64,000 nucleotides of DNA from Thermoplasmatales archaeon (lineage in GTDB: Archaea; Thermoplasmatota; E2; UBA202; JdFR-43): NCBI GenBank assembly GCA_014361195.1, contig JACIWA010000007.1, positions 3,346 through 67,345 of the forward strand. The letters run 5' to 3'. Shown piece by piece: positions 28,401 through 36,407 of the stretch. Both the position numbers and the translations under genes were made by a program. The stretch's first letter is position 1; each line of letters begins with the position of its first letter. Below the pieces are notes generated by a model. The model searched no databases, was not told the DNA's origin, and was given only the letters and a program-made list of their open reading frames with translations.

Positions 28401-29942
28401 GCAGATGCATGGTATCATATGGCCTGGTATGCAGGATGCCACTGGCATGAAGAAGATACATTTGGAGCACCATATCCAAATCCACCTGTAGCCTTCTGGA
28501 ACGGAGAACCAAGAAATGTAATCGGAGAAGGAACACTATACACATTTGGAAACTATCCACCAGTAGGAAGTGCAATAAGCTTTGGTGCATGGACTTATAC
28601 TAAAGTATCACCTGGCCTTGGTTCATGGAATTACTGGTATGGAGTCTGGGGAGAAAGAACATACTGGGCACAGGCATCAGCGGGAGAATGGCAGGAGATG
28701 TGGCGCAACTATACAGTTGACTTCTCATCTGTTCCAGTAGGAGCAACAATAACGTTCTATCTGGATGCTATTGCATATCCCTCAACAGCCACATATTGGC
28801 TTGAGGCAAGAAGTGGAACAACAACAATGTTATATCCAATTCCAGGAGATGATAGTGGCGATCTACAATTATTCACATTTGATTTGTCACCATTTGCGGG
28901 AATGTCTAATGTAAGACTTGCATTCCATGTAAATCATACAACAGTAACCGGGCAGGAAGAATTCACACTATGGGATGGATGGATAGTCGGACAAGGACCA
29001 ATATGGCCATATGGCAGATACTATAACAAGGTTGATGAGAAATTAATACTCTACTTCGACTTGACACATGCATATGAAGCATTCCTCGAATGGGATCAAA
29101 TGTACAGCTTTGCAGATCCATATCCATATGACTATGGATTAGTTGAGATATGGACAGGAAAGGAGTGGAAGGCATTGTTCATAGTGCAGGGCAGCAGTGG
29201 CGGTGGATGGGGACACATGAAACTTGACATAAGCGAGTATGTTGGCGGAGACGAGCTGACAAAGATAAGATTCAGATTTATAAGCGATGAAGCAAACACT
29301 GACATTGGATGGCTCATTGACAATGTAACGATACAGGGCAAGATTGATTATAAGAAACCAAAAGCAAGCATATCATTAAGCCCAGCAGCACCAAATGGAT
29401 GCAATGACTGGTATAAGACAGGAGTAACAGTAACAATAACTGCAACAGACAATGTAAAGGTAGCAAAGATATGGTATCGCATTGATGGCGGAAGCTGGAA
29501 AGTATATACCGCACCATTTACAGTTGATGTAGATGGCTCACACACAGTTGACTACTATGCAGAGGATATTGTCGGAAACACATCACCAGTTGGAACAGTA
29601 AGCTTCAAGATAGATAAGACAGCTCCAACAGTAACAATAACCGCTCCACAGGCGGGATACATCTACTTAATGGGCAGACAACTCTTCAAGAACCCACTCG
29701 GAGGAACAGTAATAATTGGAGGAATCTACTTTGAAGCAACCGCAACCGATGCAATGAGCGGAGTTGACTATGTATCATTCAACATAAATGGCTATACATA
29801 TGACGATGCAAGCGCTCCATACAAGATATGGTGGCACAAGTTCGACTTAATGCCAAAGAAATACACATTGACAGTTTCAGCGTACGACGAAGCATGCAAC
29901 AAAGCAGCTGATGCAACACTAGCCTTTACACACTGGCTATAA
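25467..29942 (+). CDS. Giant secreted surface protein (1491 aa) built of repeated beta-sandwich modules plus C-terminal Ig-like domains
   Basis: N-terminal signal/anchor LVISVFVAIAMITTTIPMAI. Strong GGAGG SD at 25456-25460. Recurring module ends are IYIDNVVI, GWYIDDICI, GLYIDDILV, GWFIDDVMV and GWLIDNVTI. There is no HExxH motif. The protein is rich in W, Y, T, G and D and poor in K. Confidence 0.85.
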   Translation: MTEKKYRLVISVFVAIAMITTTIPMAITVPPPSDTQQAINEPIPPTPGYQGPHGQIVFEETFDADLGVFTVIDNSGDGTWQWDGTGAAMWADGGETDDEDDYLSTDIELPDIDTTCNALTLQFDYWGEGGVFEVLAGIDVLGTFTAATRATADIDLTSYEGTTITLAFHVYATETRTIYIDNVVIAQNPRTDIIINGIEGMEDGGRYNTFPKWIDVNVTNGGTEPITGADFHLQIYQEVPFEPIIYNCWDMEECFLLTWDVFSWDGDQATWYWTEKRSHSPTHSYHSQPDYLATYEAYSFDSLVLHDYFAIPTTIEVDGRTQPVTGAYLTFWHWCEGEFDGTNPIDYGVVRLETAAPPPASAIVGGPYYDTDGEWVQETIDISAWIGESFKINFTWRSDGYLNFEGWYIDDICIELRVGSAQPLIFQGYEYVDFEAGETKTFGFPIQWTIPQPGTYYIEVYTDYEDCNPLGNRINWTIWFGDVCDGEITNIEVPPLVRMPNDPCGEELNWVIVPINVTVHNNGTLVEDIPVEVTARHKITEKLWWDDVESGDLGYRYVTWGSSISMWNIVGADFYSPFHSWHFGDSPTTYPAGVNGGFAVVPYDTIDWIDLKNYPDADIVIKAKWDFVAPDRAVPVLINGNTWYFFIGRSMHLTGNSGGWQEVRFSDLLEGYVTYYGLNNIFELPELYGFTDFKGFAIGVCGPGLAPTVGGGAGLYIDDILVYKSYAGEVVWSDTLVAEDLEPCQSKVLYFEWNTTEYCDYIITATVKLDCDMDPTNDEMGAPTRIYKQIYEGDDFEKWEQEDNTYGLPDHWHIVEECSICPDDHIWWNGDEATGIYVNGVDEILVINRTFDFTGVTTATLSFETYYYIEAGYDYGYVEVSNDCGMTWFRIESYTGNTGGVWVTETLTLEEGVTILYSEYTDLYFTMPTGFFTDKMHFRFRFVSDELTAEKGWFIDDVMVVADGDTLFFDDMEDAAFSADAWYHMAWYAGCHWHEEDTFGAPYPNPPVAFWNGEPRNVIGEGTLYTFGNYPPVGSAISFGAWTYTKVSPGLGSWNYWYGVWGERTYWAQASAGEWQEMWRNYTVDFSSVPVGATITFYLDAIAYPSTATYWLEARSGTTTMLYPIPGDDSGDLQLFTFDLSPFAGMSNVRLAFHVNHTTVTGQEEFTLWDGWIVGQGPIWPYGRYYNKVDEKLILYFDLTHAYEAFLEWDQMYSFADPYPYDYGLVEIWTGKEWKALFIVQGSSGGGWGHMKLDISEYVGGDELTKIRFRFISDEANTDIGWLIDNVTIQGKIDYKKPKASISLSPAAPNGCNDWYKTGVTVTITATDNVKVAKIWYRIDGGSWKVYTAPFTVDVDGSHTVDYYAEDIVGNTSPVGTVSFKIDKTAPTVTITAPQAGYIYLMGRQLFKNPLGGTVIIGGIYFEATATDAMSGVDYVSFNINGYTYDDASAPYKIWWHKFDLMPKKYTLTVSAYDEACNKAADATLAFTHWL

Positions 29943-29951
29943 GCCAACCCT

Positions 29952-29966
29952 CTTTCCCCTTTTTTT
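29952..29966 (+). terminator. Oligo-T tract after the giant surface protein gene
   Basis: CTTTCCCCTTTTTTT lies immediately after the stop codon. Archaeal terminators are oligo-T runs. Confidence 0.4.
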
Positions 29967-30075
29967 ATATATTTTTAAAAATTTAATAAAAAAGAATGGA
30001 GAAAAGCTTATTTCCTTTTTTCCTCAAATTTAATCATTTCAAACAAGTTTATAAGCATATTTGCTTTTATTCTTG

Positions 30076-31809
30076 ATGAAAATAGTTCCTGATACAAGCA
30101 TAATAATAGATGGAAGGCTTAGTGAATGGATTAAAAGCGGAAAGATTCAAAAGGTAGATATAATAATTCCAAATGCGGTTTTAAAAGAGCTTGAGAGGCA
30201 GGCAAATGATGGCTTAGAAATAGGAATAAGCGGGCTTAATGAAATTGTTGAATTGCAGAAACTGAGCAAGGAAGGAAAAATATATCTTTATTTCCAGGGG
30301 AGTAAGGAAGGGAATGCGGATGAAATTATACGCGAGGTTGCAGAAACATTGCATGCAACTCTATTTACTTCAGATAAGATACAGGCAAAGGTTGCAGAAG
30401 CAAAAGGAATAAATGTTTATTATCTGCCATCATTGCATGAAGAAAAGGAGCTTAAAATTCTTAAATATTTTGATGAAGAAACAATGAGCATTCATCTCCG
30501 CCAGGATTGCAGACCAGTTGCAAAAAAGGGAAAGCCAGGAAATTTCAGAATAGTTGAAGTAGGTGAAATTTTAAGTGAGAAAGAGCTGGCAGAGATAGCA
30601 CATGAAATAATTGAATATGCAAAAAGAAATTCAGATAGCTTTGTTGAAATAGAGAGAAAGAATGCAACAATAGTGCAGATAAAAAATATGAGAATTGCAA
30701 TATTGAGGCAACCATTTGTTGATAAATTTGAAATAACCGCAACAAAGCCAATAGTAAAGTTGAGCATAGATGATTACAGCTTGGATGAGGAGCTTAAAGA
30801 AAGGCTAACAGATTATAATCGAGGAATTCTTATCTCTGGCCCTCCTGGCTCGGGAAAATCAACCTTTGCACAGGCAATTGCTGAGCATCTTTACAGCCTG
30901 GGAGCAATTGTAAAAACAATGGAAAATCCTCGCGATCTGTGGGTGAGAGATGAAATAGCCCAGTATGCACCTCTTGAAAAAAGCATGGAGCTCACTGCAG
31001 ACATTTTACTTTTGCTCCGCCCCGATTTTGTTGTTTTTGATGAAGTAAGGAGGAGCGAGGATTTCAAAATTTACGCTGATATGCGCCTTGCTGGAATCGG
31101 GCTTATTGGAGTAACTCATTCAAACCGTGCAATAGATGCTATACAACGTCTCATCGGAAGAGTTGAACTCGGGATAATTCCTCAAGTTGTTGATACGGTT
31201 ATTCATATTTCTTCGGGGAAAATAAAGGAGGTCCTTGAGCTTGATTTTACTGTAAAGATTCCTCATGGAATGGAAGAAGCTGATTTAGCCAGGCCAGTTA
31301 TAGTTGTCAGGGATTTCTATACCAAGAAAGCAATTTATGAGATATATACATATGGAGAGCAGGTAACTGTAATGCCAGTAAAGGAGAGAAGAGAAGAAAA
31401 TGTTGAAAATGTTGAAAGGGTTGTATCAAAATATATAGATAGCAAATTCAGGGTGGAGATAAATAGAAAAGTTGCAAATGTTTATGTTAATGAAAGCGAG
31501 ATACCCCATATTATTGGAAAGGGAGGAAAAACAATATCTGAAATTGAAAGGGAAGCGGGAATAAAGATAAGGGTTCATCCTTTGATTGAAGAGGAAATAA
31601 TTCCGGATATAATTAAAAGGAAGAAAGAAATTGTTATCAGGGTTGGAAAGGCATTTGCTGGAAAAGAATTAAAAATTTTCATTGATGGAAATGTAATATC
31701 TGCAAGGGTTGGAAATAATGGGGAAATAAAATTCAAAAGGAATAGTATTGAAGGAAGGAAAATAGTTGAGGCAATTGCATCAGGAAATAAAATATCTGTG
31801 AAATTATGA
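30076..31809 (+). CDS. PIN domain - PilT-like ATPase - KH domain protein (COG1855-type)
   Basis: N-terminal PIN IVPDTSIIIDG, Walker A GPPGSGKST, Walker B VVFDEVR and C-terminal KH IIGKGGKTISEIE. Start chosen at ATG 30076. Confidence 0.85.
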   Translation: MKIVPDTSIIIDGRLSEWIKSGKIQKVDIIIPNAVLKELERQANDGLEIGISGLNEIVELQKLSKEGKIYLYFQGSKEGNADEIIREVAETLHATLFTSDKIQAKVAEAKGINVYYLPSLHEEKELKILKYFDEETMSIHLRQDCRPVAKKGKPGNFRIVEVGEILSEKELAEIAHEIIEYAKRNSDSFVEIERKNATIVQIKNMRIAILRQPFVDKFEITATKPIVKLSIDDYSLDEELKERLTDYNRGILISGPPGSGKSTFAQAIAEHLYSLGAIVKTMENPRDLWVRDEIAQYAPLEKSMELTADILLLLRPDFVVFDEVRRSEDFKIYADMRLAGIGLIGVTHSNRAIDAIQRLIGRVELGIIPQVVDTVIHISSGKIKEVLELDFTVKIPHGMEEADLARPVIVVRDFYTKKAIYEIYTYGEQVTVMPVKERREENVENVERVVSKYIDSKFRVEINRKVANVYVNESEIPHIIGKGGKTISEIEREAGIKIRVHPLIEEEIIPDIIKRKKEIVIRVGKAFAGKELKIFIDGNVISARVGNNGEIKFKRNSIEGRKIVEAIASGNKISVKL

Positions 31810-32201
31810 AGGTTGTAACAGGTATTCTGCTTAATAAAGGAAAAATATTACTCCTTAAAAGAGGAAATAGAGTTAGAACATATAAGGGAAGATGGGCGTG
31901 CATTTCTGGCTATCTTGAAGAAGATGATCCATTGAGAAGAGTAATAAAAGAGATTGAAGAAGAAACTGGAATAAAGGAAAATGATATAAGAATTTTGAGG
32001 AAGGGGGAGCCAATAAAATTTTATGATGAGGAGGAGAAAATTGAATGGGAGGTTTATCCCTTTATATTTGAAACAAATAGGGATGAGATAAAAATTGACT
32101 GGGAGCATGTTGAATATAGATGGGTTGGAATAGATGAAATTGATAAATATGATACGGTTCCAAAATTAAAAGAAACAATTAAGAAACTTTTAAATCAATA
32201 A
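31806..32201 (+). CDS. NUDIX hydrolase
   Basis: Nudix box GYLEEDDPLRRVIKEIEEETGI. 4-nt overlap with the upstream gene. Confidence 0.85.
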   Translation: MKVVTGILLNKGKILLLKRGNRVRTYKGRWACISGYLEEDDPLRRVIKEIEEETGIKENDIRILRKGEPIKFYDEEEKIEWEVYPFIFETNRDEIKIDWEHVEYRWVGIDEIDKYDTVPKLKETIKKLLNQ

Positions 32202-33159
32202 CTCCATGTATTATTCCTGGAGCATATGACTTTATCTTTTTTGATAAAATCATTTCAAGCTTTTTACCATTTTTTATCGCAACTTTCTTTAATTTATCAA
32301 AAATTTTATCTGGAAAATCCTCTTTCTTGCATTTCTGATGAAAATGAATCACTCCTTCATTATTTAAAATTTTTAAAGAATGCTCAAAAAAATCAAAAGA
32401 GTTGAGATAACCCATTATAATGCGATTTGCTATATTTTTAGGAGCAACTTCTCTACAATCCCCTAGCAATGGAGTAACCAAATCAAAGACTTCATTCAAA
32501 ATTATATTCTCTTTTAGATAATTATATGCAACTTTATTTATTTCACATGCATAAACCCTTGCTCTTCCATAAACTGCAATTGGCAAGCTAAAGTAGCCAA
32601 TACCAGCAAACATATCAACAACCACTTCATTTTTATTCGCCACTTTTGCCATCCTTATCCTTTCATCAATATTTCCAGAAGAAAACATTATCTTCTGAAC
32701 ATCAAGCTTATATTTTATTCCATTTTCAACATGAATTGTTTCTGTGCTATTTCCATAAACAAGCTTGAAGCATGGTATTCTTTTAACTCCTTTTATTCCT
32801 CCAATATCCTCAACAACAGATTTACATTTTAGCACTTCTGCATAAACTCTTGCAATTTCCTCATTCCCATTAATTCCATTTAAAATTAGAACATCTCCTA
32901 TCTTTTCCCATTTTCTTGGAATATCTTCCTTCCCTATTATTTTTTTAATCTCTTCAAAAGGAGTGGGTTGCTTAAAAACTGGCTCTTCTTGCTCAATAAT
33001 TTCATAATTAAAGTTACCCAAACCCGCAGAATCTTTTAAAGGCAATTCTACCTCTCCATCCCTTCTCTTTACTTTCCTCCTTTCATCAATTAGCCCTTTT
33101 TCATAAAGCATTCTTTTAACTTTTTCCGCCTCGCTTTTCTTAACAACTAGAGCAAGCAT
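32179..33159 (-). CDS. trm5: tRNA (guanine37-N1)-methyltransferase Trm5 / Taw22-like
   Basis: Met-10+ domain with the SAM motif VVDMFAGIGYFSLPIA. 326 aa. Confidence 0.8.
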   Translation of the reverse strand: MLALVVKKSEAEKVKRMLYEKGLIDERRKVKRRDGEVELPLKDSAGLGNFNYEIIEQEEPVFKQPTPFEEIKKIIGKEDIPRKWEKIGDVLILNGINGNEEIARVYAEVLKCKSVVEDIGGIKGVKRIPCFKLVYGNSTETIHVENGIKYKLDVQKIMFSSGNIDERIRMAKVANKNEVVVDMFAGIGYFSLPIAVYGRARVYACEINKVAYNYLKENIILNEVFDLVTPLLGDCREVAPKNIANRIIMGYLNSFDFFEHSLKILNNEGVIHFHQKCKKEDFPDKIFDKLKKVAIKNGKKLEMILSKKIKSYAPGIIHGVIDLKVS

Positions 33160-34145
33160 TTTAATGCAATCTTAAATGCTTTAAAAGGATGTTTTATTAA
33201 AAAATTCTTCGCAAATTTCCAGTGATAGTCAAAATCCGCATTCCTTACTTCTATTTCTTCAAGAGCATCATATCTATGCCATTTCAAAAAAATTTTTCTC
33301 AGCAATAAGCATCCTTTCAGCTCCTCTCCATATGCACGCATAAATTCCCTTTCATATGCAAAGAAATCATCAAAATTTTTAGCAATTATCTCGCTAGCCA
33401 GCAATCCCGCATATAATCCACCTCCGCTTGTTGCCTTTACCTGCCCTCCTGCATCCCCCACTATTGCACATTTTTCCTTTGCAAGCTTTTTTATTCCATA
33501 TGGAATTAAAGCATATCTTTCATTTTTTACCTCATATCCCACCATTGATTTAAATTCCTCAAATTTTTTCCTCAGCCCTTTTTCATTTGTTCCCATCCCA
33601 ATCCTCAGCTCATCTCCAGCAGGAATTACCCATCCAAAGAAGCCAGGAGCAAATTTTCCAAAATATACCCTAACATATTCTCCATTTTCTTCGCTATTTG
33701 CAATTCCCTGAACCGCATTTATATAATTTATCTTTCCTTTGAAATCCCTTGCAATATTGCTCCTTGCTCCATCCGCCCCTATCAAGCGCTCGCATTTCTT
33801 CTCAATTTTTCTGCAATTCAAAAAATATCTTGCTCCTTCGCTCATCGCCTTTTCCGCAAGGCAAATATCAAATTTTTTCCTGTCTATCACATATGCATAT
33901 GTCTTATCTCCTCCAATAAAAATTTTCTTTCCATTTGGGAGAAAAATTTCCGCTCCCTTTATTTCATTTACCACCGCCTCCCTGCAATATTTTATTACCC
34001 TCTCGCTGACAAGTCCCCCGCAAACCTTATTTCCTATTTCCTTATTTTTTTCATAAACCGCAACCTTATATCCTTTTTTTGAAAGAAGCCAGGCAATCGT
34101 GTTTCCAGTTGCTCCCGCTCCTATAATTGCAATATCAAAACGCAT
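33147..34145 (-). CDS. Geranylgeranyl reductase-family FAD-dependent oxidoreductase
   Basis: DIAIIGAGATGNTIAWLLSKKGYKVAVYEK dinucleotide fold, VCGG and IVGDAGGQVKATSGGG motifs. It is shorter (332 aa) than typical archaeal GGR. Confidence 0.75.
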   Translation of the reverse strand: MRFDIAIIGAGATGNTIAWLLSKKGYKVAVYEKNKEIGNKVCGGLVSERVIKYCREAVVNEIKGAEIFLPNGKKIFIGGDKTYAYVIDRKKFDICLAEKAMSEGARYFLNCRKIEKKCERLIGADGARSNIARDFKGKINYINAVQGIANSEENGEYVRVYFGKFAPGFFGWVIPAGDELRIGMGTNEKGLRKKFEEFKSMVGYEVKNERYALIPYGIKKLAKEKCAIVGDAGGQVKATSGGGLYAGLLASEIIAKNFDDFFAYEREFMRAYGEELKGCLLLRKIFLKWHRYDALEEIEVRNADFDYHWKFAKNFLIKHPFKAFKIALKCLL

Positions 34146-34176
34146 TATATTTAAATCCTTTTCATATTTAATATTA

Positions 34177-34425
34177 ATGCCAAAAAAACTTGATTATATT
34201 GCAAGATTTGTTATTGATTCAGAGGGAAATAGAATAGGAGAAAGCATCTCTGTCTATAAAGATTTGCTTATAATAAAAAAAGATAATGAATATTACGCAA
34301 TCCCATTCCGCCACATAGAAAAGAAAGATGAAAATATTTTAGTAAAAGGAGTGATTCAGTGGGAAAATGCAAAAAAGCTTGCGGAGGAGTGGAAAAATGT
34401 TAAAAATGGTCATAGTAGTGAATAA
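34177..34425 (+). CDS. Small PRC-barrel-like protein (hypothetical)
   Basis: Start moved to ATG 34177, because the listed upstream part is antisense to the reductase gene. The pattern VIDSEGNRIGESISVY...AIPF resembles PRC barrels. This is a weak call. Confidence 0.4.
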   Translation: MPKKLDYIARFVIDSEGNRIGESISVYKDLLIIKKDNEYYAIPFRHIEKKDENILVKGVIQWENAKKLAEEWKNVKNGHSSE

Positions 34426-34741
34426 AATAGAAATGTCCCCAGGAAAGATGGCAGCGCAGGTGGCGCATGCAGCGGTTGATTGTGCAATAAAGGCATGGAA
34501 AAAAGATAAAAAAATTGTCAAGAAATGGATTGAAGAAGGGCAAAAAAAAGTTGTTCTTGAAGCAAGTGAGGAAGAAATTCTGAATTTGCAGAAAAAGGCA
34601 AGCAAGGAAAAAATTTTCAACTCCCTTATAAGAGATGCTGGCTTAACAGAGCTTAAAGAAGGAACCCTTACCGCACTTGCAATAGGGCCAGGTGAAGAAG
34701 AGAAAATAGATAAGATAACGGGGCATCTCCCATTAAAATGA
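34397..34741 (+). CDS. pth: Peptidyl-tRNA hydrolase, archaeal type (Pth2)
   Basis: KMVIVVNKIEMSPGKMAAQVAHAAV and the IRDAGLTE..GT.TALAIGP signatures. Confidence 0.9.
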   Translation: MLKMVIVVNKIEMSPGKMAAQVAHAAVDCAIKAWKKDKKIVKKWIEEGQKKVVLEASEEEILNLQKKASKEKIFNSLIRDAGLTELKEGTLTALAIGPGEEEKIDKITGHLPLK

Positions 34742-35307
34742 AAAAAGAAATAAGAATAATCGGAATAGATGATATGCCTTTCTCATTTAATGATAGTTTC
34801 ACTGATATTGTTGGGGTGGTTATGAGGGGCGGGAAATATCTTGAAGGTGTTTTGAAAACAACAATAGAGGTTGATGGGAAAGATGCAACAGATAAAATAA
34901 TAGATATGATTCAGGCAAGCGGGCACAGAGGGCAGATAAAAATAATAATGATAAATGGCGTTGCTTTGGGTGGGTTTAATATAGTTGATTGTGAAAAATT
35001 ATTCAATGCTACAGATATTCCTGTTATTACAGTTGCGAGGAAAAAGCCAAATATTGATAAAATAGAAGAAGCTTTAAAAAAGCATTTTGATGATTGGAGG
35101 GAGAGAATCGATTTGATAAATAAGGGAAGGACAGAGGAAATTAAATTGAGGTATCCTATATATATAAAATATTTTGGAATTGGAAAAAAATCTGCAATAG
35201 ATGCAATAAAATTATCTATTATAAGAGGGGCAATTCCAGAACCAATAAGAGTTGCTCATTTAATAGCGACTGGAATAAAAAAAGGAGAATCAAGGGGTAG
35301 ATGCTGA
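34738..35307 (+). CDS. DUF99/UPF0215 family protein (EndoV-like fold)
   Basis: IRIIGIDDMPF start and about 190 aa length are typical of the archaeal DUF99 family. 4-nt overlap with pth. Confidence 0.65.
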   Translation: MKKEIRIIGIDDMPFSFNDSFTDIVGVVMRGGKYLEGVLKTTIEVDGKDATDKIIDMIQASGHRGQIKIIMINGVALGGFNIVDCEKLFNATDIPVITVARKKPNIDKIEEALKKHFDDWRERIDLINKGRTEEIKLRYPIYIKYFGIGKKSAIDAIKLSIIRGAIPEPIRVAHLIATGIKKGESRGRC

Positions 35308-36018
35308 CTTTATCGCCTTTATTATATCCTTAATTCCTTCAATTTTTTCTTCAACAATTGAGCCAGTTACAATTACATTTGCTCCCGCTTCTATTTTTCT
35401 TCTTGCCTGCTCTGAATTTTTTATTCCCCCTCCCACTATTATAGGAATGCTCACAACTTTCCTTATTTCTCTTATCATTTCATCTGGAACAGGTTTCTCC
35501 GCACCTGAGCCAGCATCAAGATATATGCAATCCATACCCATGCATTCCGCATATGCTGCATACCTTATTGCCTTTTCATAGTCATTCTCACCTATTCTAT
35601 CCAGCATTGTTTTTGTTTCAACTGTTGTTGGCTTAGCGCTTGTGCTTATAACCATATACCCCATAGGAATTGGCTTTATCCCAATTTTTTTAACTATCAC
35701 CCCTCCTTTGAGTTGCTCTCCCCTTACATGCTCATATACCAATGAATTGAGAAATTCCATGAAGAAAATATAATCCGCATTTTCAACAATACTATTTGCT
35801 GAATTCGGAAATATTATAACCGGCAAATCACATCCTTTCTTTATTTCTTCAACACATCTCCTTATCTCCTCTCTTTTTGCGGTTGATCCACCAACCATTA
35901 TTGCATCGCTACCATATTCTTCACAAATTTTTGCCATCTCACCCGCTTCCTCCGCACTCTGCTTATCAGGATCTATAAGGGAGAAATGCATTTTTGCTTT
36001 CCTCATTTTTTCAATCAT
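35290..36018 (-). CDS. Geranylgeranylglyceryl phosphate synthase (PcrB/GGGPS family)
   Basis: HFSLIDPDK, AIMVGGS, IYLDAGSGA and IIVGGGI signatures of a TIM-barrel GGGPS. Confidence 0.88.
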   Translation of the reverse strand: MIEKMRKAKMHFSLIDPDKQSAEEAGEMAKICEEYGSDAIMVGGSTAKREEIRRCVEEIKKGCDLPVIIFPNSANSIVENADYIFFMEFLNSLVYEHVRGEQLKGGVIVKKIGIKPIPMGYMVISTSAKPTTVETKTMLDRIGENDYEKAIRYAAYAECMGMDCIYLDAGSGAEKPVPDEMIREIRKVVSIPIIVGGGIKNSEQARRKIEAGANVIVTGSIVEEKIEGIKDIIKAIKSASTP

Positions 36019-36100
36019 AAAAAGAGAATTTCTCTAAAGCTTTAAACTTTTTCTTTTGAAAATTTAGCAGATTATATATACAATGAAAAAATAATTAAGG

Positions 36101-36170
36101 AGGCGAGAGGAGCAAGGCGGAGGCAAGGGGGAGAGTAAAAAAGAGTTTCACCTTGCTCCTCTCTTTGCCT
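36101..36170 (+). other. Long hairpin in divergent intergenic region (possible small RNA or protein-binding element)
   Basis: GAGAGGAGCAAGG (36105-36117) pairs perfectly with CCTTGCTCCTCTC (36151-36163) across a 33-nt loop. An outer AGGC/GCCT pair adds to the stem. The 5' arm sits in a ~40-nt purine tract. TTATATATAC at 36072-36081 lies upstream and a T-run downstream. Confidence 0.4.
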
Positions 36171-36407
36171 ATATTTTATAAATTTTTTCTTATTAATAAT
36201 AAGAAAAGTTCTATATAAATTTTTTGGTACAGGCATTGTTATTTTCAATTTACAAATGCGCTTTCATGCTTCCATACAAGAATATTAATCATTCTGGAAT
36301 ATTCTTTCTACCCGCTTCTATTACTTAATGGCAATCTTTCAATCTTTTTCAGCAATGCTTTCCTTGCAGGCATTCATTGGTTAAATACTTATATTATTTT
36401 TCTATTT

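Noticed and set aside
36101-36170. Hairpin considered as an H/ACA guide RNA or C/D sRNA
   Set aside because: It has no two-stem pseudouridylation pocket, no K-turn or K-loop and no C/D boxes. Only an AUA follows the stem. It is kept as an unexplained structure, not called as a known RNA class.
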